Assembly (NCBI GenBank): GCA_050010755.1
Contig: JBEKKK010000001.1
Coordinates: 416,001 to 480,000 of the forward strand
Direction of reading: 5' to 3'
Source of the DNA: Candidatus Bathyarchaeia archaeon
Lineage (GTDB): Archaea > Thermoproteota > Bathyarchaeia > Bathyarchaeales > Bathycorpusculaceae
Length of the DNA: 64,000 nt
Shown: positions 29,454 to 38,996 of the stretch, piece after piece
How positions within the stretch are numbered: the first letter of the stretch is position 1
Layout of the letters: each line of letters starts with the position of its first letter
Notes under the pieces: model-generated
The model's database searches: none
What the model was told of the DNA's origin: nothing
What the model saw: only the letters and a program-made list of their open reading frames with translations
Made by a program: the position numbers and the translations under genes

Positions 29454-30197
29454 TCAAAATTTGCCCGAGGGTATGTCGCCCCGTATTTCGGTCCCTGTTG
29501 CTCCGTCGATCAGCAGTTGATAGCCCCTACCCTTGTACCCGTACTTGATGAACCACACCGGCGAGTGCAGGTAAACCACTTGGCGCACGTCCATTTCGGT
29601 TTTGATTTCGATGATTTTGTCCACGTCCTGCTGGATGAGGAAGCGGTGGTTCTCTTCAATCTGCTGTTTTGCAAGCATGACCGCGTCGTCCTTGTCGACC
29701 TCGCTGTTCAAGAACTTCGCGAAGGCCTCGATTCTTCTGAAGTCGAACGGAATTTTCCCCGCCAGCGGCACCTCGTAGTCCCTCGTAGGAAAAGCCGTTG
29801 CTTTCCTTGCCAGAAGAAGCCAGTTGTACTCTTTCTCCAGAGTTCCCTCTTTGGTGACGGCAGGCGTGATTCGCTCGAAAATCCCTTTATAGGTGCTCGT
29901 TGCCTTTGCTGAGACCACCCAGAAGGGAAGGTATGTCAGGTTTTTTTCTTCGATTTTCGATTTTTTCGCGAGGTCTTGCGGTTTGAGAAAGCCTTCGCGC
30001 ATCCATTCTTTGATGGGCTCTTCTATTTGTGTTGGATCGTACCTGTTCAGCAGCATCGAGTGTTCGAACGTGAACGCTTGGTTGGTTTCGACCACGACGG
30101 TGTAGCCGCAGTATTTGCATGTTGCTATTATTTCGCCGGGTTGAAACTGTATCGGTGCCCCACAGTGGGTGCATTTGATCTCGCTGACGACGCTCAA
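29454..30197 (-). CDS. Zn-ribbon protein resembling YdjG-type proteins
   Basis: CTHCGA...CKYCG, YLPFWV, P.W...Y.Y.G..Y...IDGATG...G..P. Confidence 0.7.
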   Translation of the reverse strand: MSVVSEIKCTHCGAPIQFQPGEIIATCKYCGYTVVVETNQAFTFEHSMLLNRYDPTQIEEPIKEWMREGFLKPQDLAKKSKIEEKNLTYLPFWVVSAKATSTYKGIFERITPAVTKEGTLEKEYNWLLLARKATAFPTRDYEVPLAGKIPFDFRRIEAFAKFLNSEVDKDDAVMLAKQQIEENHRFLIQQDVDKIIEIKTEMDVRQVVYLHSPVWFIKYGYKGRGYQLLIDGATGTEIRGDIPSGKF

Positions 30198-30202
30198 GCG
30201 TT

Positions 30203-31624
30203 TCAGGTCTTCTGCTTTTCTCTTTTCAGAATTTCTTTGGACACGATGACGCCTGAGGCTGAGGCCTGGATGAGTCCTCTGGTGACGCCTGCTCCGTCGC
30301 CGATAGTGAACAGGTTGTGTATCTTCGTTTCGAGGCAGTGGCTGAGTTGCAGTCTTGACGAGTAGAACTTGACTTCGACGCCGTAGAGCAGCGTGTCTCT
30401 TGAGTGCAGGCCTGGGACCATTTTGTCCAACGCTTGGAGCATTTCCCGTATGTCCGCCAGGTAGCGGTAGGGCAGGACGAAGCTCAGATCGCCGGGCGTG
30501 GCGTTCTTCAGGCTCGGGGTGACGACGCTTCGGGCCAGACGTTCGGGCGTTGATCTTCTTCCAGACTCCAGGTCTCCTAGACGCTGAACGATGACGCCGC
30601 CGCTGAGGAGGTTTCCGAGCCTCGCAACATATTTTCCGTAGGCTATAGGCTCCTTGAACGGCTCCGTGAACGATGTGCTGACGAGGATGGCGAAGTTCGT
30701 GTTCCTGGTCTTCCGTTCCGCGTAGCTTTGACCGTTAACAGTTAACACTCCTTCGTAGGATTCTGTTATGACCTCGCCGTAGGGGGCGACACAGAAGGTG
30801 CGGACCATATCGTCGAAGGACTTTGAGTAGTAGATGAGTTTGGGTTCGTACAAAACGCTCGTAATCTCTTCCATAACAGAGGCTAAAGTTTCAACTCTGA
30901 TTCCGACGTCGACGGGGTTGTTGAACGTCTTCAGACCCAGCGCTTGGGCTTCCGTTTGAAGCCACTCGGCGCCGATTCTTCCGGGCGCGACGATGACGTA
31001 TTTGCCCAAGAATTTTTGGCCGTCTTCGGTTTCGACTCCTTCTATGGACCCGTTTTTCACTATTAGCCCTTTTACGTCGCTTCTGGGCTTGAACTCGACT
31101 TTACCGTTCAGTTCTTGTCGCATCTTTCGAAGGGTCTCGGCGCATCTTTCGGTACCCATGTGGCGAATCTTCTGGCGAATGAGTTTCAAACCTGCCAAGG
31201 ACGCTTTTCGCTCGAACTCCTCTACCTTTTCGTCCTCTCCTCCGTAGGTGTGTTTAGTTGCTCCGAACTTGAGGTAGACCGAGTCCGCGTAGTTTACTAG
31301 TTCTTGAAGTTCCGTGGGTGATACGTACTGGTTGAGCCAGCCTCCCACTTCGGGGGAAAGCGTCAGCTTCCCATCACTGAATGCTCCTGCTCCTCCCCAG
31401 CCGGATAAGACCGTGCATGGATCGCAGTTCACGCATTCGAATCCGCGGCTCGCCGGGCATTTTCGCTGGTTTATATCCTGTCCTCTGTCCAGCATCAGAA
31501 CGCGCATGCTATTTTTCTCTGCAAGCTCCAGAGCAGAGAATATTCCTGCGGGCCCAGCTCCGACAATTATTACGTCGTATTTCAACGGGCTTATCCCCTG
31601 AAACCCAGAACTACATGTAGCCAC
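30203..31624 (-). CDS. FAD-dependent oxidoreductase (COG2509-like)
   Basis: GAGPAG, GWGGAGAFSDGKL, RTFC..P.G.V, VNG.S, TLLYGVEVKFYS, GDGAG.TRG. Confidence 0.9.
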   Translation of the reverse strand: MATCSSGFQGISPLKYDVIIVGAGPAGIFSALELAEKNSMRVLMLDRGQDINQRKCPASRGFECVNCDPCTVLSGWGGAGAFSDGKLTLSPEVGGWLNQYVSPTELQELVNYADSVYLKFGATKHTYGGEDEKVEEFERKASLAGLKLIRQKIRHMGTERCAETLRKMRQELNGKVEFKPRSDVKGLIVKNGSIEGVETEDGQKFLGKYVIVAPGRIGAEWLQTEAQALGLKTFNNPVDVGIRVETLASVMEEITSVLYEPKLIYYSKSFDDMVRTFCVAPYGEVITESYEGVLTVNGQSYAERKTRNTNFAILVSTSFTEPFKEPIAYGKYVARLGNLLSGGVIVQRLGDLESGRRSTPERLARSVVTPSLKNATPGDLSFVLPYRYLADIREMLQALDKMVPGLHSRDTLLYGVEVKFYSSRLQLSHCLETKIHNLFTIGDGAGVTRGLIQASASGVIVSKEILKREKQKT

Positions 31625-31748
31625 TGGGATATATTTCTAGCGAGCGGGCTACCAAGTCGTTACCGCAAGAAAAGCGTGCGCTGTGAGAAAGTGAGACTGA
31701 GAGAGGCTGATTTGAGTACGCGTCACAGTCTGCGTGTTGGTGACTCTG

Positions 31749-33092
31749 TTAATTTTGCTTTGCTAATGTTCCCATTGGGTCCCAAGGTGATAGGAGGAGG
31801 GGTTTTGTATCCAGAACTTTGAGGATCTTTGGGGGGAGGTACTTTTTTCCAACTGTTATCTCGTACAGGTATTCGTCGAACCATTCATCCATCATGCACA
31901 TGTAGCCTCGGTCGCCGATTTTGGCGCCCCAGCTGTTTTCAGCTCTCCATTTTATCGGCTTGCCATTGTCGTCGAGATCCACGCCGGTCAACACCATTGC
32001 GTGGGTCATTTCGCTGTTCCTGTATTCCAGTCTTCCAGCCTTGTTGAGCTTGAAGTCTGTTCCGTATACTAGTTTGTAGTCGTATACGTTCAGATCCATT
32101 GCTCCCATCTCTGTTTCTAGCATTTGGCCTACGTCACAGCCGAACCAGACCGCGTGGTTGTCCTTTATCATTTCGACGGCGGCTTTCTTCAAGGTTGGCA
32201 TATCAACGTTTAAGTAGCGGACTGGTCGCCCTTCGATGACGTTGCCCAAGTACTGAACCGTGTAGAGTTTATTGTAGGGTTTGTCCTTGGTTGGAGCGTT
32301 TATCAGACAAACTAGATCGTCCAGGTTAGTGCCCACATATTTCTCGTAGAATTCTTTTGGCGTGATGTCGCCTTGTCTGTGAAATACGTTCTGCTTATCT
32401 CGCCACTCCCAACAAAAGCTGCTAGGTGGCTTCCCCAAGTGGATCGTGAGCATGCGGTAGAATTCCTCGAGTAGCTCGCATTTCAACTTTCGCAGTTCCC
32501 TGATTGAGGATCCATGAGCGTTTAGGTCTCGTAGCGTCTTTGCGTATTCTCTCAGCTTAGCGACTAAAAGGGTGTTCATAGAATCAGAGTTGTTGCTGCT
32601 GTCTGTCTCGGGCATGACGGACTTTGGCACAACGCCGTATTTGTCTACGAGATTCACGAACATGTCCCATTGTCCACCGTCGGAGAGTGGATCATATAGA
32701 AGGGCCAGAACCAGTCGGCTGTCCAGTGGTTCATTTCTGGTTTCGATGATGTTCTCGAGGAAGTAATTTGCTTTTTCCAGTTTATCCCAGAACATCTGGT
32801 AGACTTCTGAGAGTTCAAAAGTTACGAGTTTCAACTTTTTCATGGCTTCTAGGCAGAGGAAACTGAGTCCGGAAAACAACCAGCACCGTCCTGACTGCTC
32901 TTGATTAGTTGCCTCCGGTGATTGTATTAGATGACTGAACGTGTAATTGATTCGGTCAACCTCTTTTCGGCTCAGAGCGACAGCTGCAATACCGTTCTCG
33001 GTTACAGCGTTCAGCGCAAGAAGATTTCTAGGATCCCTGTCAAAAGATGCTGAAAATCGTTTAATCTCCTGTTTCGTGATGGCTTGCTCCAT
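31749..33092 (-). CDS. pepC: Aminopeptidase C / bleomycin hydrolase (C1B)
   Basis: NQEQSGRCWLF, FWDKLEKANYFLE, DGGQW, WFGCDV, MTHAM...GV, ENSWG. Confidence 0.95.
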   Translation of the reverse strand: MEQAITKQEIKRFSASFDRDPRNLLALNAVTENGIAAVALSRKEVDRINYTFSHLIQSPEATNQEQSGRCWLFSGLSFLCLEAMKKLKLVTFELSEVYQMFWDKLEKANYFLENIIETRNEPLDSRLVLALLYDPLSDGGQWDMFVNLVDKYGVVPKSVMPETDSSNNSDSMNTLLVAKLREYAKTLRDLNAHGSSIRELRKLKCELLEEFYRMLTIHLGKPPSSFCWEWRDKQNVFHRQGDITPKEFYEKYVGTNLDDLVCLINAPTKDKPYNKLYTVQYLGNVIEGRPVRYLNVDMPTLKKAAVEMIKDNHAVWFGCDVGQMLETEMGAMDLNVYDYKLVYGTDFKLNKAGRLEYRNSEMTHAMVLTGVDLDDNGKPIKWRAENSWGAKIGDRGYMCMMDEWFDEYLYEITVGKKYLPPKILKVLDTKPLLLSPWDPMGTLAKQN

Positions 33093-33297
33093 ATTATCTC
33101 CCGACCGTTTGACATAGCTAAATAATTTGGAACCTAAGTTAAAGTTTTAGACTTACAAGCGAGCGTGCGCTCAAACGTGCTATCCGTTTCGCGTAAGCCA
33201 AATATATCCTTACTCAGGGCGCTCTCGTCTGGTGCTGTTACCAAAAAATACTTAGACTTCCGCTTACAACTGCAATGAAGTCTATCGTTCGCGAGCG

Positions 33298-34788
33298 GTG
33301 AACATCGTGTCCAAAGTCAAACTGCAGTCCCAACTAACGCTTTTCGATGTGACAAACCTCGTTGTCGGGGCAATCATAGGCGCGGACATTTACGTAGCGT
33401 CGGCGTTTGGAGCGCAATACCTAGGCCCCTTCTCACTCGTCGTGTGGGTCATCGCGGGAGCGATGGCAATCGTCATCGCGTTGTGTTTTGCCCAGTGTGC
33501 GTCTCTGCTGCCGAAGGTCGGCGGGCCGTATGCGTACGCGAAGGAAGCTTGGGGACAGTTTTCGGGTTTCATCGTTGGCTGGTCTCTTTGGCTTGCGGAA
33601 TGGGTGTCATTGGCCGTTTTTCCGCTTGCTTTTGTCGAGTACCTGAGTGTTTACGTTAAGCTTAGCCCAATTCCTCAGATACTTGTCGAGGGAGCTTTCG
33701 TGTTGTTTCTCATTGCCTCGAACATTTTTGGGGTCAAATCCGCCGGGAGAACGAACGATGTTTTGACTTTGGTTAAACTGGCTCCGCTGATTCTTTTTAT
33801 TGTAGTCAGTGTGGGTTTCGTCATTTTCCATCCGGCCGTTGCGGCTTCTCATTTCAGTCCGTTGTTGCCCAGTGGTCTCGGCGGTTTTGGACTTGCTCTG
33901 GTCTTGATTTTTTGGGCTTACGCGGGCTTCGAAATCTCGACCATTCCGGCTGAGGAGATAAAGGATGCGAAGAAGACTATTCCGAGGGCTATTGTTCTTG
34001 GTCTGGCCATCGTGACGGTGTTCTATCTCGTGACTAACGTTTTGCTTTTCGGGGTCACGCCGTCCGCCGTTTTGGCCTTAAGCAAGACGCCGCTGACGAC
34101 GGCGACTGGTACGGCGTTGAGTTGGAATCGTTCTGCGCTTAACGTTGGGGTTGCAATTGTCGGTGTTGGTGCGTTGGTTTCGGTGGCGGGTTCTGACGAG
34201 TCGGGGATGATAGGAACTTCGAGGCTTGGATACGCGTTGGCTGCTGATGGCCTTTTTCCGAGCGTCTTCGCCAAGATTCATGCGAAGTTTAAGACGCCTT
34301 ACCTAGGAATAATAATTCAAGGCGTCACGGCGTTCATAGCTGCGGTTTACGGAGGTCTGGTGTCTGGAGGCCTGTCCATCCTGATAGCGACCTCTGTTTT
34401 TCTGTTAGGCGCGGCTTATCTAGCCACGGCCCTCTCGGTCTTTTGGCTGCGCAAGAAGTGTCCGGGGACGCAGTCACGTTGGGAGGCAACATCTGTCATT
34501 CCTGTTTTGGGAATCGCCTTTTCCGTCATCCTGATAGTTCTGTGTGGAGTTGTTCAAATTGCGATGGGAGTCGTGTTGCTTGCTGTTGGAATTCCAATTT
34601 ACATTCTGTACACTCCGAAGAAGGAGCTGACCGAGCTCAAGAACGCGCTTTTGTCCAGAGAGGCTATCCTAGAAAGGGCGTACAGACAGGAGGACAGGTT
34701 CCTCGCGCACGCGTTACGCCACCTGAAGAGAGCGTACAGGAGACTCACTGGCAAGAAAGAAACGTGGCAGACAGAAGAAAAAGACTGA
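33298..34788 (+). CDS. APC-family amino acid permease
   Basis: About 12 TM, GAIIGADI, GG.Y.Y...AWG, WAYAGFE, SR..YALA.DG.FP. Confidence 0.92.
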   Translation: MNIVSKVKLQSQLTLFDVTNLVVGAIIGADIYVASAFGAQYLGPFSLVVWVIAGAMAIVIALCFAQCASLLPKVGGPYAYAKEAWGQFSGFIVGWSLWLAEWVSLAVFPLAFVEYLSVYVKLSPIPQILVEGAFVLFLIASNIFGVKSAGRTNDVLTLVKLAPLILFIVVSVGFVIFHPAVAASHFSPLLPSGLGGFGLALVLIFWAYAGFEISTIPAEEIKDAKKTIPRAIVLGLAIVTVFYLVTNVLLFGVTPSAVLALSKTPLTTATGTALSWNRSALNVGVAIVGVGALVSVAGSDESGMIGTSRLGYALAADGLFPSVFAKIHAKFKTPYLGIIIQGVTAFIAAVYGGLVSGGLSILIATSVFLLGAAYLATALSVFWLRKKCPGTQSRWEATSVIPVLGIAFSVILIVLCGVVQIAMGVVLLAVGIPIYILYTPKKELTELKNALLSREAILERAYRQEDRFLAHALRHLKRAYRRLTGKKETWQTEEKD

Positions 34789-34838
34789 AATGCCGCGCAA
34801 GGTTCGCGCTTTGAAAGCTGCGGATTGGGCTATTCCTG

Positions 34839-35171
34839 CTAGAGTGGGACAAGGCAGAGAAATTTCAGTGTTTTTTTGCCGTTGTTTTTGAACTGATGTT
34901 TTTCGTTTGGCGGCATGAAGACGGCGTCGCCTGCCTTGATTTTTTTCTCTTCTTTTCCGCCCACGACGAGGCCTTCACCCTCGAGCACGAAGACTTCGTG
35001 CTCCCAATCGTGATTATGGAATGGACTGTGGCCTCCGGGTTCCATTTCGAACAGTCTCATCGCAAAGGTGGGAGCGCCCGTTTCTTTCGTTATGAGCCAG
35101 CGGACTTTGAGTTTTGATGCTCCTTCGTCGGCTTCTTTCAGTTCTACTTCCTTGTGCGGGATTACCTTCAT
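34839..35171 (-). CDS. Cupin-domain protein
   Basis: FAMR.FE.EPGG.SP.H.H.WEHE..VL.G, GD....P.E.H. Confidence 0.9.
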   Translation of the reverse strand: MKVIPHKEVELKEADEGASKLKVRWLITKETGAPTFAMRLFEMEPGGHSPFHNHDWEHEVFVLEGEGLVVGGKEEKKIKAGDAVFMPPNEKHQFKNNGKKTLKFLCLVPL

Positions 35172-35221
35172 TCATTTCACCTTCAATGCTAATATCGCAA
35201 ACAGGTTGCTTGGTTTACGTT

Positions 35222-35500
35222 TCAGTCTTTTATTGCTTCGAGCAGGCTCATTACGTTCCACAGTTTGACGCGTGTGTAGGGTGGCATGTTTGGATCCTGA
35301 AGGATTTCGTCCATGAGGGATACGGCGTTTGCTGCTCTAACGGCGGGAGTGAACTCCTTCGATTGCAAGGCGTCCATCGAGTCTTTGGCTGCCCTTCGGA
35401 TGTTTCTGGGGGTAGTGTTATCCTCGGAAACTGCTCCCAGCACGGCTAAAGCCTGCTTTATCCGCTCATCGTACTCCTCCATCTTCTTCTTTCTGACCAT
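35222..35500 (-). CDS. UPF0147 family protein
   Basis: D.TTPRNIRRAA; RAA.A.S..DEI..DPNMP...R..W. Confidence 0.92.
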   Translation of the reverse strand: MVRKKKMEEYDERIKQALAVLGAVSEDNTTPRNIRRAAKDSMDALQSKEFTPAVRAANAVSLMDEILQDPNMPPYTRVKLWNVMSLLEAIKD

Positions 35501-35574
35501 AGTGCCACCTCATCGTGTTCGTGATGACGCTGTTATATAAGCTGGGATACCTATTTACTTTGGGGTTTTAAAGC

Positions 35575-35940
35575 TTGTCGAAAAAACCACCTGAAGAGCC
35601 CCCTATCAAACGCATGGCCAACCTCCTGCGCCAAGGAGCAACGCTGACGGACCTCGCGTGCCCAGCGTGTTCTTCGCCGCTGTTCAGACTGAAGAACGGT
35701 GAGCTCTGGTGCGAAAAGGACCAGAAAAAAGTCATAGTCGTGAAACAAGGAGAGGAAGAAACGAGAGCAACAGGCTCGGCCGCCATGGAAAGCCTGGAAG
35801 CCACCCTCCTTGCCAAGGTTCAGACAATACAGAACAAGATTGAGCACGAAGAGAAACCTGAAGAACTGGAGAGATTGAACACGGTACTCTCTGGGCTCTT
35901 GGACAACCTTGAAAAAATAAGAAAATCAAAGAAATCATAG
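35575..35940 (+). CDS. UPF0148 / SSSCA1-like Zn-ribbon protein
   Basis: MA.LLRQGAT....CP.C.SPLF...G...C. Confidence 0.88.
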   Translation: MSKKPPEEPPIKRMANLLRQGATLTDLACPACSSPLFRLKNGELWCEKDQKKVIVVKQGEEETRATGSAAMESLEATLLAKVQTIQNKIEHEEKPEELERLNTVLSGLLDNLEKIRKSKKS

Positions 35941-35953
35941 GCGCCGCCCTTCG

Positions 35954-36463
35954 ATGCTAGGATTCTACACAAACTTTCCGCAGAACATTCACAAGGCAGA
36001 AACGTTCTCCACTTCAATCCTGAACAAGAAGCTGCAGCAGACGCTGGTGGAAGCCTTGTACAGGCTGAACAGCGAAACCCCCGGTCTGGAAGAGGTTGCA
36101 GAGCCGTCTGTGCCCTGCTGCAAGGTGATTTTCGAGTTTGGAGTGGCAGAGGACAACGACTTCAACTATTTAGATGAAGAGGAAAGAAAAAGGCTGCTTG
36201 CAGCCCTGCAGAAGAAGCCTTTTCAGGTTTTGGATTTTTTCTGCGTCATCCGCTATCGCAGAATGATCGGGGAGAAGAAGGCGCGCATGAGGTTTGACTA
36301 TTACATGCTGCGCTTCATGTTCGGCGAAAGCCTACTCGAAGTCCATGTTTCGCATGAAAAAGGAACAAGGCACATCTCACCGGACGATCTCGTCAACCTC
36401 CTCGTGAACAGGGTTAACGGCGCGTTCTCGAAGAAAGTGTTGAAGCCCACAGAAGCTGATTAG
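35954..36463 (+). CDS. Conserved hypothetical protein
   Basis: FEFGVA..F.YL, LDF...RY, FDYY..RF, HEKG; follows the UPF0148 gene. Confidence 0.7.
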   Translation: MLGFYTNFPQNIHKAETFSTSILNKKLQQTLVEALYRLNSETPGLEEVAEPSVPCCKVIFEFGVAEDNDFNYLDEEERKRLLAALQKKPFQVLDFFCVIRYRRMIGEKKARMRFDYYMLRFMFGESLLEVHVSHEKGTRHISPDDLVNLLVNRVNGAFSKKVLKPTEAD

Positions 36464-37059
36464 AAGTCTTTCTTCAGAAACCTTTGAACGACATCGGCAA
36501 GATCCGCAGCAACCTGGCTCTTGGGCTTGTTTCCGTCCACTCTGACAAGTTCGCCGTTTCTGACAAACTTCATGTAGACCTCTCGAACTTTCCTTTGTGT
36601 TTCGAGGTTCTCCATGACTGACTTCTTGGGTTTCAGTCTTTGAACGACGGTTTCGGGTTCCACGTCGATGAATATTGCCAGGTCGGGGCGAACCGCGTGT
36701 TCGTTTATCTTTTGGATCCATTCTAAATCAAGCCCGGTTGCGCCTTGATAGGCTAGGGATGAGTAGACGTAGCGGTCAGAAACAATTATCCGACCCATTT
36801 TCAGAGCTGGCAAAACAGTGTTTTCCACATGATCAGAACGGTCTGCCGCAAAGAGCAGCGCCTCAACCACGCCTGAACCACGCTTGAGGCTGTGTAGGCA
36901 GTGTTTCTTGATGAATCGGCCGATGTTGCCGCGGCTGGGTTCTGCGGTGTAAACGGCATCACTGGTTCTCCTCAGTTTTCTCACGAGCAGTTTTGCCTGC
37001 GTGGTTTTTCCACAGCCGTCCAACCCTTCGAGGCAGATGAAAGCTCCCTTGGAAACCAA
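36460..37059 (-). CDS. tmk: Thymidylate kinase
   Basis: EGLDGCGKTTQ, EP, LLFAADR..H, SDRY..SSLAYQG. Confidence 0.95.
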   Translation of the reverse strand: MVSKGAFICLEGLDGCGKTTQAKLLVRKLRRTSDAVYTAEPSRGNIGRFIKKHCLHSLKRGSGVVEALLFAADRSDHVENTVLPALKMGRIIVSDRYVYSSLAYQGATGLDLEWIQKINEHAVRPDLAIFIDVEPETVVQRLKPKKSVMENLETQRKVREVYMKFVRNGELVRVDGNKPKSQVAADLADVVQRFLKKDF

Positions 37060-37212
37060 CGCTTCCCACCCTCAAACCTTAGGCACTATGGGAAGACGGA
37101 TATTTAGTGTTATTCTCATGCATCACGATGAATTGTTAAAGGAGCCGGTCTTTGAGTTATGCTGTTAACTTGATTGTCTTGGCGGTTTTCTTCGACTTTT
37201 TTTCTGTGAATC

Positions 37213-37623
37213 ATGGTGAGCGGTCGCTATCCTTATACGCGCGGGATTCTAAATGGACGTTGGGAAGGGACTGGCATGGCTGTGAAGGGACCAGACAAAT
37301 TTGATCCGAAAACGGGGTTTTACAGTGGTCAGTTCATGGCGACTGGTATTCCAACCGTTGAAGATAGGATGAATTGGTTGGCATTGCACCAGACTGAAAA
37401 TCGGAAAGGATCGCAAGGGCGTGACCAAAAGAATAGTATGGAGTTCGATTTGGCTGAGAGAAGAGTTGTCGGTTGCTCTCACGTTTGGCGGCCTGTTCAC
37501 AAATTTCTGCACAAAGAGTACATGCATTGTATCAAGTGCGGGGCTGTCAAGCATCAGGATGGGACAATCTGGTTTTTCGTAGGCCACCATGCAGTCGAAT
37601 TGACGATAAAAAGATGTGATTAA
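37213..37623 (+). CDS. Hypothetical protein with a C-terminal C/H cluster
   Basis: GCSHVW...HCIKCG; start uncertain. Confidence 0.45.
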   Translation: MVSGRYPYTRGILNGRWEGTGMAVKGPDKFDPKTGFYSGQFMATGIPTVEDRMNWLALHQTENRKGSQGRDQKNSMEFDLAERRVVGCSHVWRPVHKFLHKEYMHCIKCGAVKHQDGTIWFFVGHHAVELTIKRCD

Positions 37624-37706
37624 GAGAGCGCTTTTCTATTCTAGGGAAAGTGTGAAATATCGAACTTGGTCGGCCAGAAAACGAGAACTGTGCCTGCACG
37701 CGAGAG

Positions 37707-38213
37707 TTATAATCGGGTTGCTGACTCGTGTGCCCTGTACAGGAAGGCTTCTATCTGTTCTCTCGTCATAGCGCCTTCGATGATTTCGCCCAAAGAGGTC
37801 ACTAAAGCTGGGAGGGTTTTTATTCTTTTGGAATGTTCTATTCTCCATCTTAAGAAGGCACTGTCTTTCGCCAGGTCAACTACCGTCAAATCGAAGCCGT
37901 ATCTTGAGGCTAGCTCTTTGACGTCTTCGACCGTTCTCTGCTGGTCTTCCGGAAGCACGTAATCATATTCAACAACGGTTTTCACGTCATAGTAAGAAAT
38001 GGGCTTCTCTACAGGGCCATAGCCTGGCGGAGCCCCTGTTCCCACATACTTTGTCGTGTAACCGCCAACTTGCTCTTCTCCAGTCGCGGTCTTGGTGCTT
38101 CTCACGTAGAGAATGACTTCAGAATTCATGCTTTCCCCTTCCACTATTCTTTCCAGCATACTCCGAAAAAAGGCTTCCGCATGTACACGATGTCTGTCTG
38201 TTTGTATGTGCAC
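37707..38213 (-). CDS. Hypothetical protein, possibly glutaredoxin-like fold without CxxC
   Basis: VILYVRS...V.ELA...G.....VD....IKTLPALV...G..IEG; likely start at MNSEV. Confidence 0.55.
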   Translation of the reverse strand: MHIQTDRHRVHAEAFFRSMLERIVEGESMNSEVILYVRSTKTATGEEQVGGYTTKYVGTGAPPGYGPVEKPISYYDVKTVVEYDYVLPEDQQRTVEDVKELASRYGFDLTVVDLAKDSAFLRWRIEHSKRIKTLPALVTSLGEIIEGAMTREQIEAFLYRAHESATRL

Positions 38214-38299
38214 GGCATCGTCGTGTTTAAGGAAGAAAGCGCGCTTAGGTCAGCGGTAGCAATATGCAGTGTAACTGATTATGTAGTGGATTCCTGAGG

Positions 38300-38887
38300 T
38301 TATTGTTGTTTTTGCTGCCGAGCGTTTTCGGTTTTGGCAAGCAAGTAGCCGCCGAACCCTGCTCCCCACACGAGAATGGGGTAGGCGATCATGCGTTCCA
38401 TTCCGCCCGGGCCGAGCCCCAAGTAATCTTTCGCGCCGAAGAGGCCTAATGCTGCCAGAGCTGTAAGTCCGAGAATGACAGCGATGACTGAGAAGGGCAG
38501 TTTGAGCAGCTTGATCGATGCTATGCAAGAGAGTGCGCCGAACAGGAAGGCGATGAGCGAAACTATGGGGTGAATTGATCCGTAGTGTTCGGTGAACACG
38601 CCCACGCCCATGGATCCCAGTGAGGTTAGAATCAACAGTATAGTCAGAGGCTTGAAGTCGAAGGCTCTTTGGAGGAAGAGGGCTCCGACGAGTATTAACA
38701 GGCCAAGGAGAAAGACTGACGAGTTGAAGATCATCGCGGAAGGTCCAACGCCCAAGTCGCTAATGTAGTTCGTGCTTATACTGTAATTCGAGACAGCGCG
38801 GGCTTCGGCAACCATCATTCCTATGATGAACTGCGAGGCCGCTATGAAAAAGAAACTTCCAGCAATTTTACCATCAGAATATTTCAT
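38300..38887 (-). CDS. DUF998 membrane protein
   Basis: YS...NYISDLG, GVGVF.E....H, GGMERM..YP. Confidence 0.85.
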   Translation of the reverse strand: MKYSDGKIAGSFFFIAASQFIIGMMVAEARAVSNYSISTNYISDLGVGPSAMIFNSSVFLLGLLILVGALFLQRAFDFKPLTILLILTSLGSMGVGVFTEHYGSIHPIVSLIAFLFGALSCIASIKLLKLPFSVIAVILGLTALAALGLFGAKDYLGLGPGGMERMIAYPILVWGAGFGGYLLAKTENARQQKQQ

Positions 38888-38996
38888 GGTACTAGCTACT
38901 TCTTCTGGATTTTTAAAATTTATCTTCCGCGACGCGTTGCAGGGGCAAAGTTAGGCGTTATAAGAATGAACATGTATCTACTAGCTATCCAGAAAC

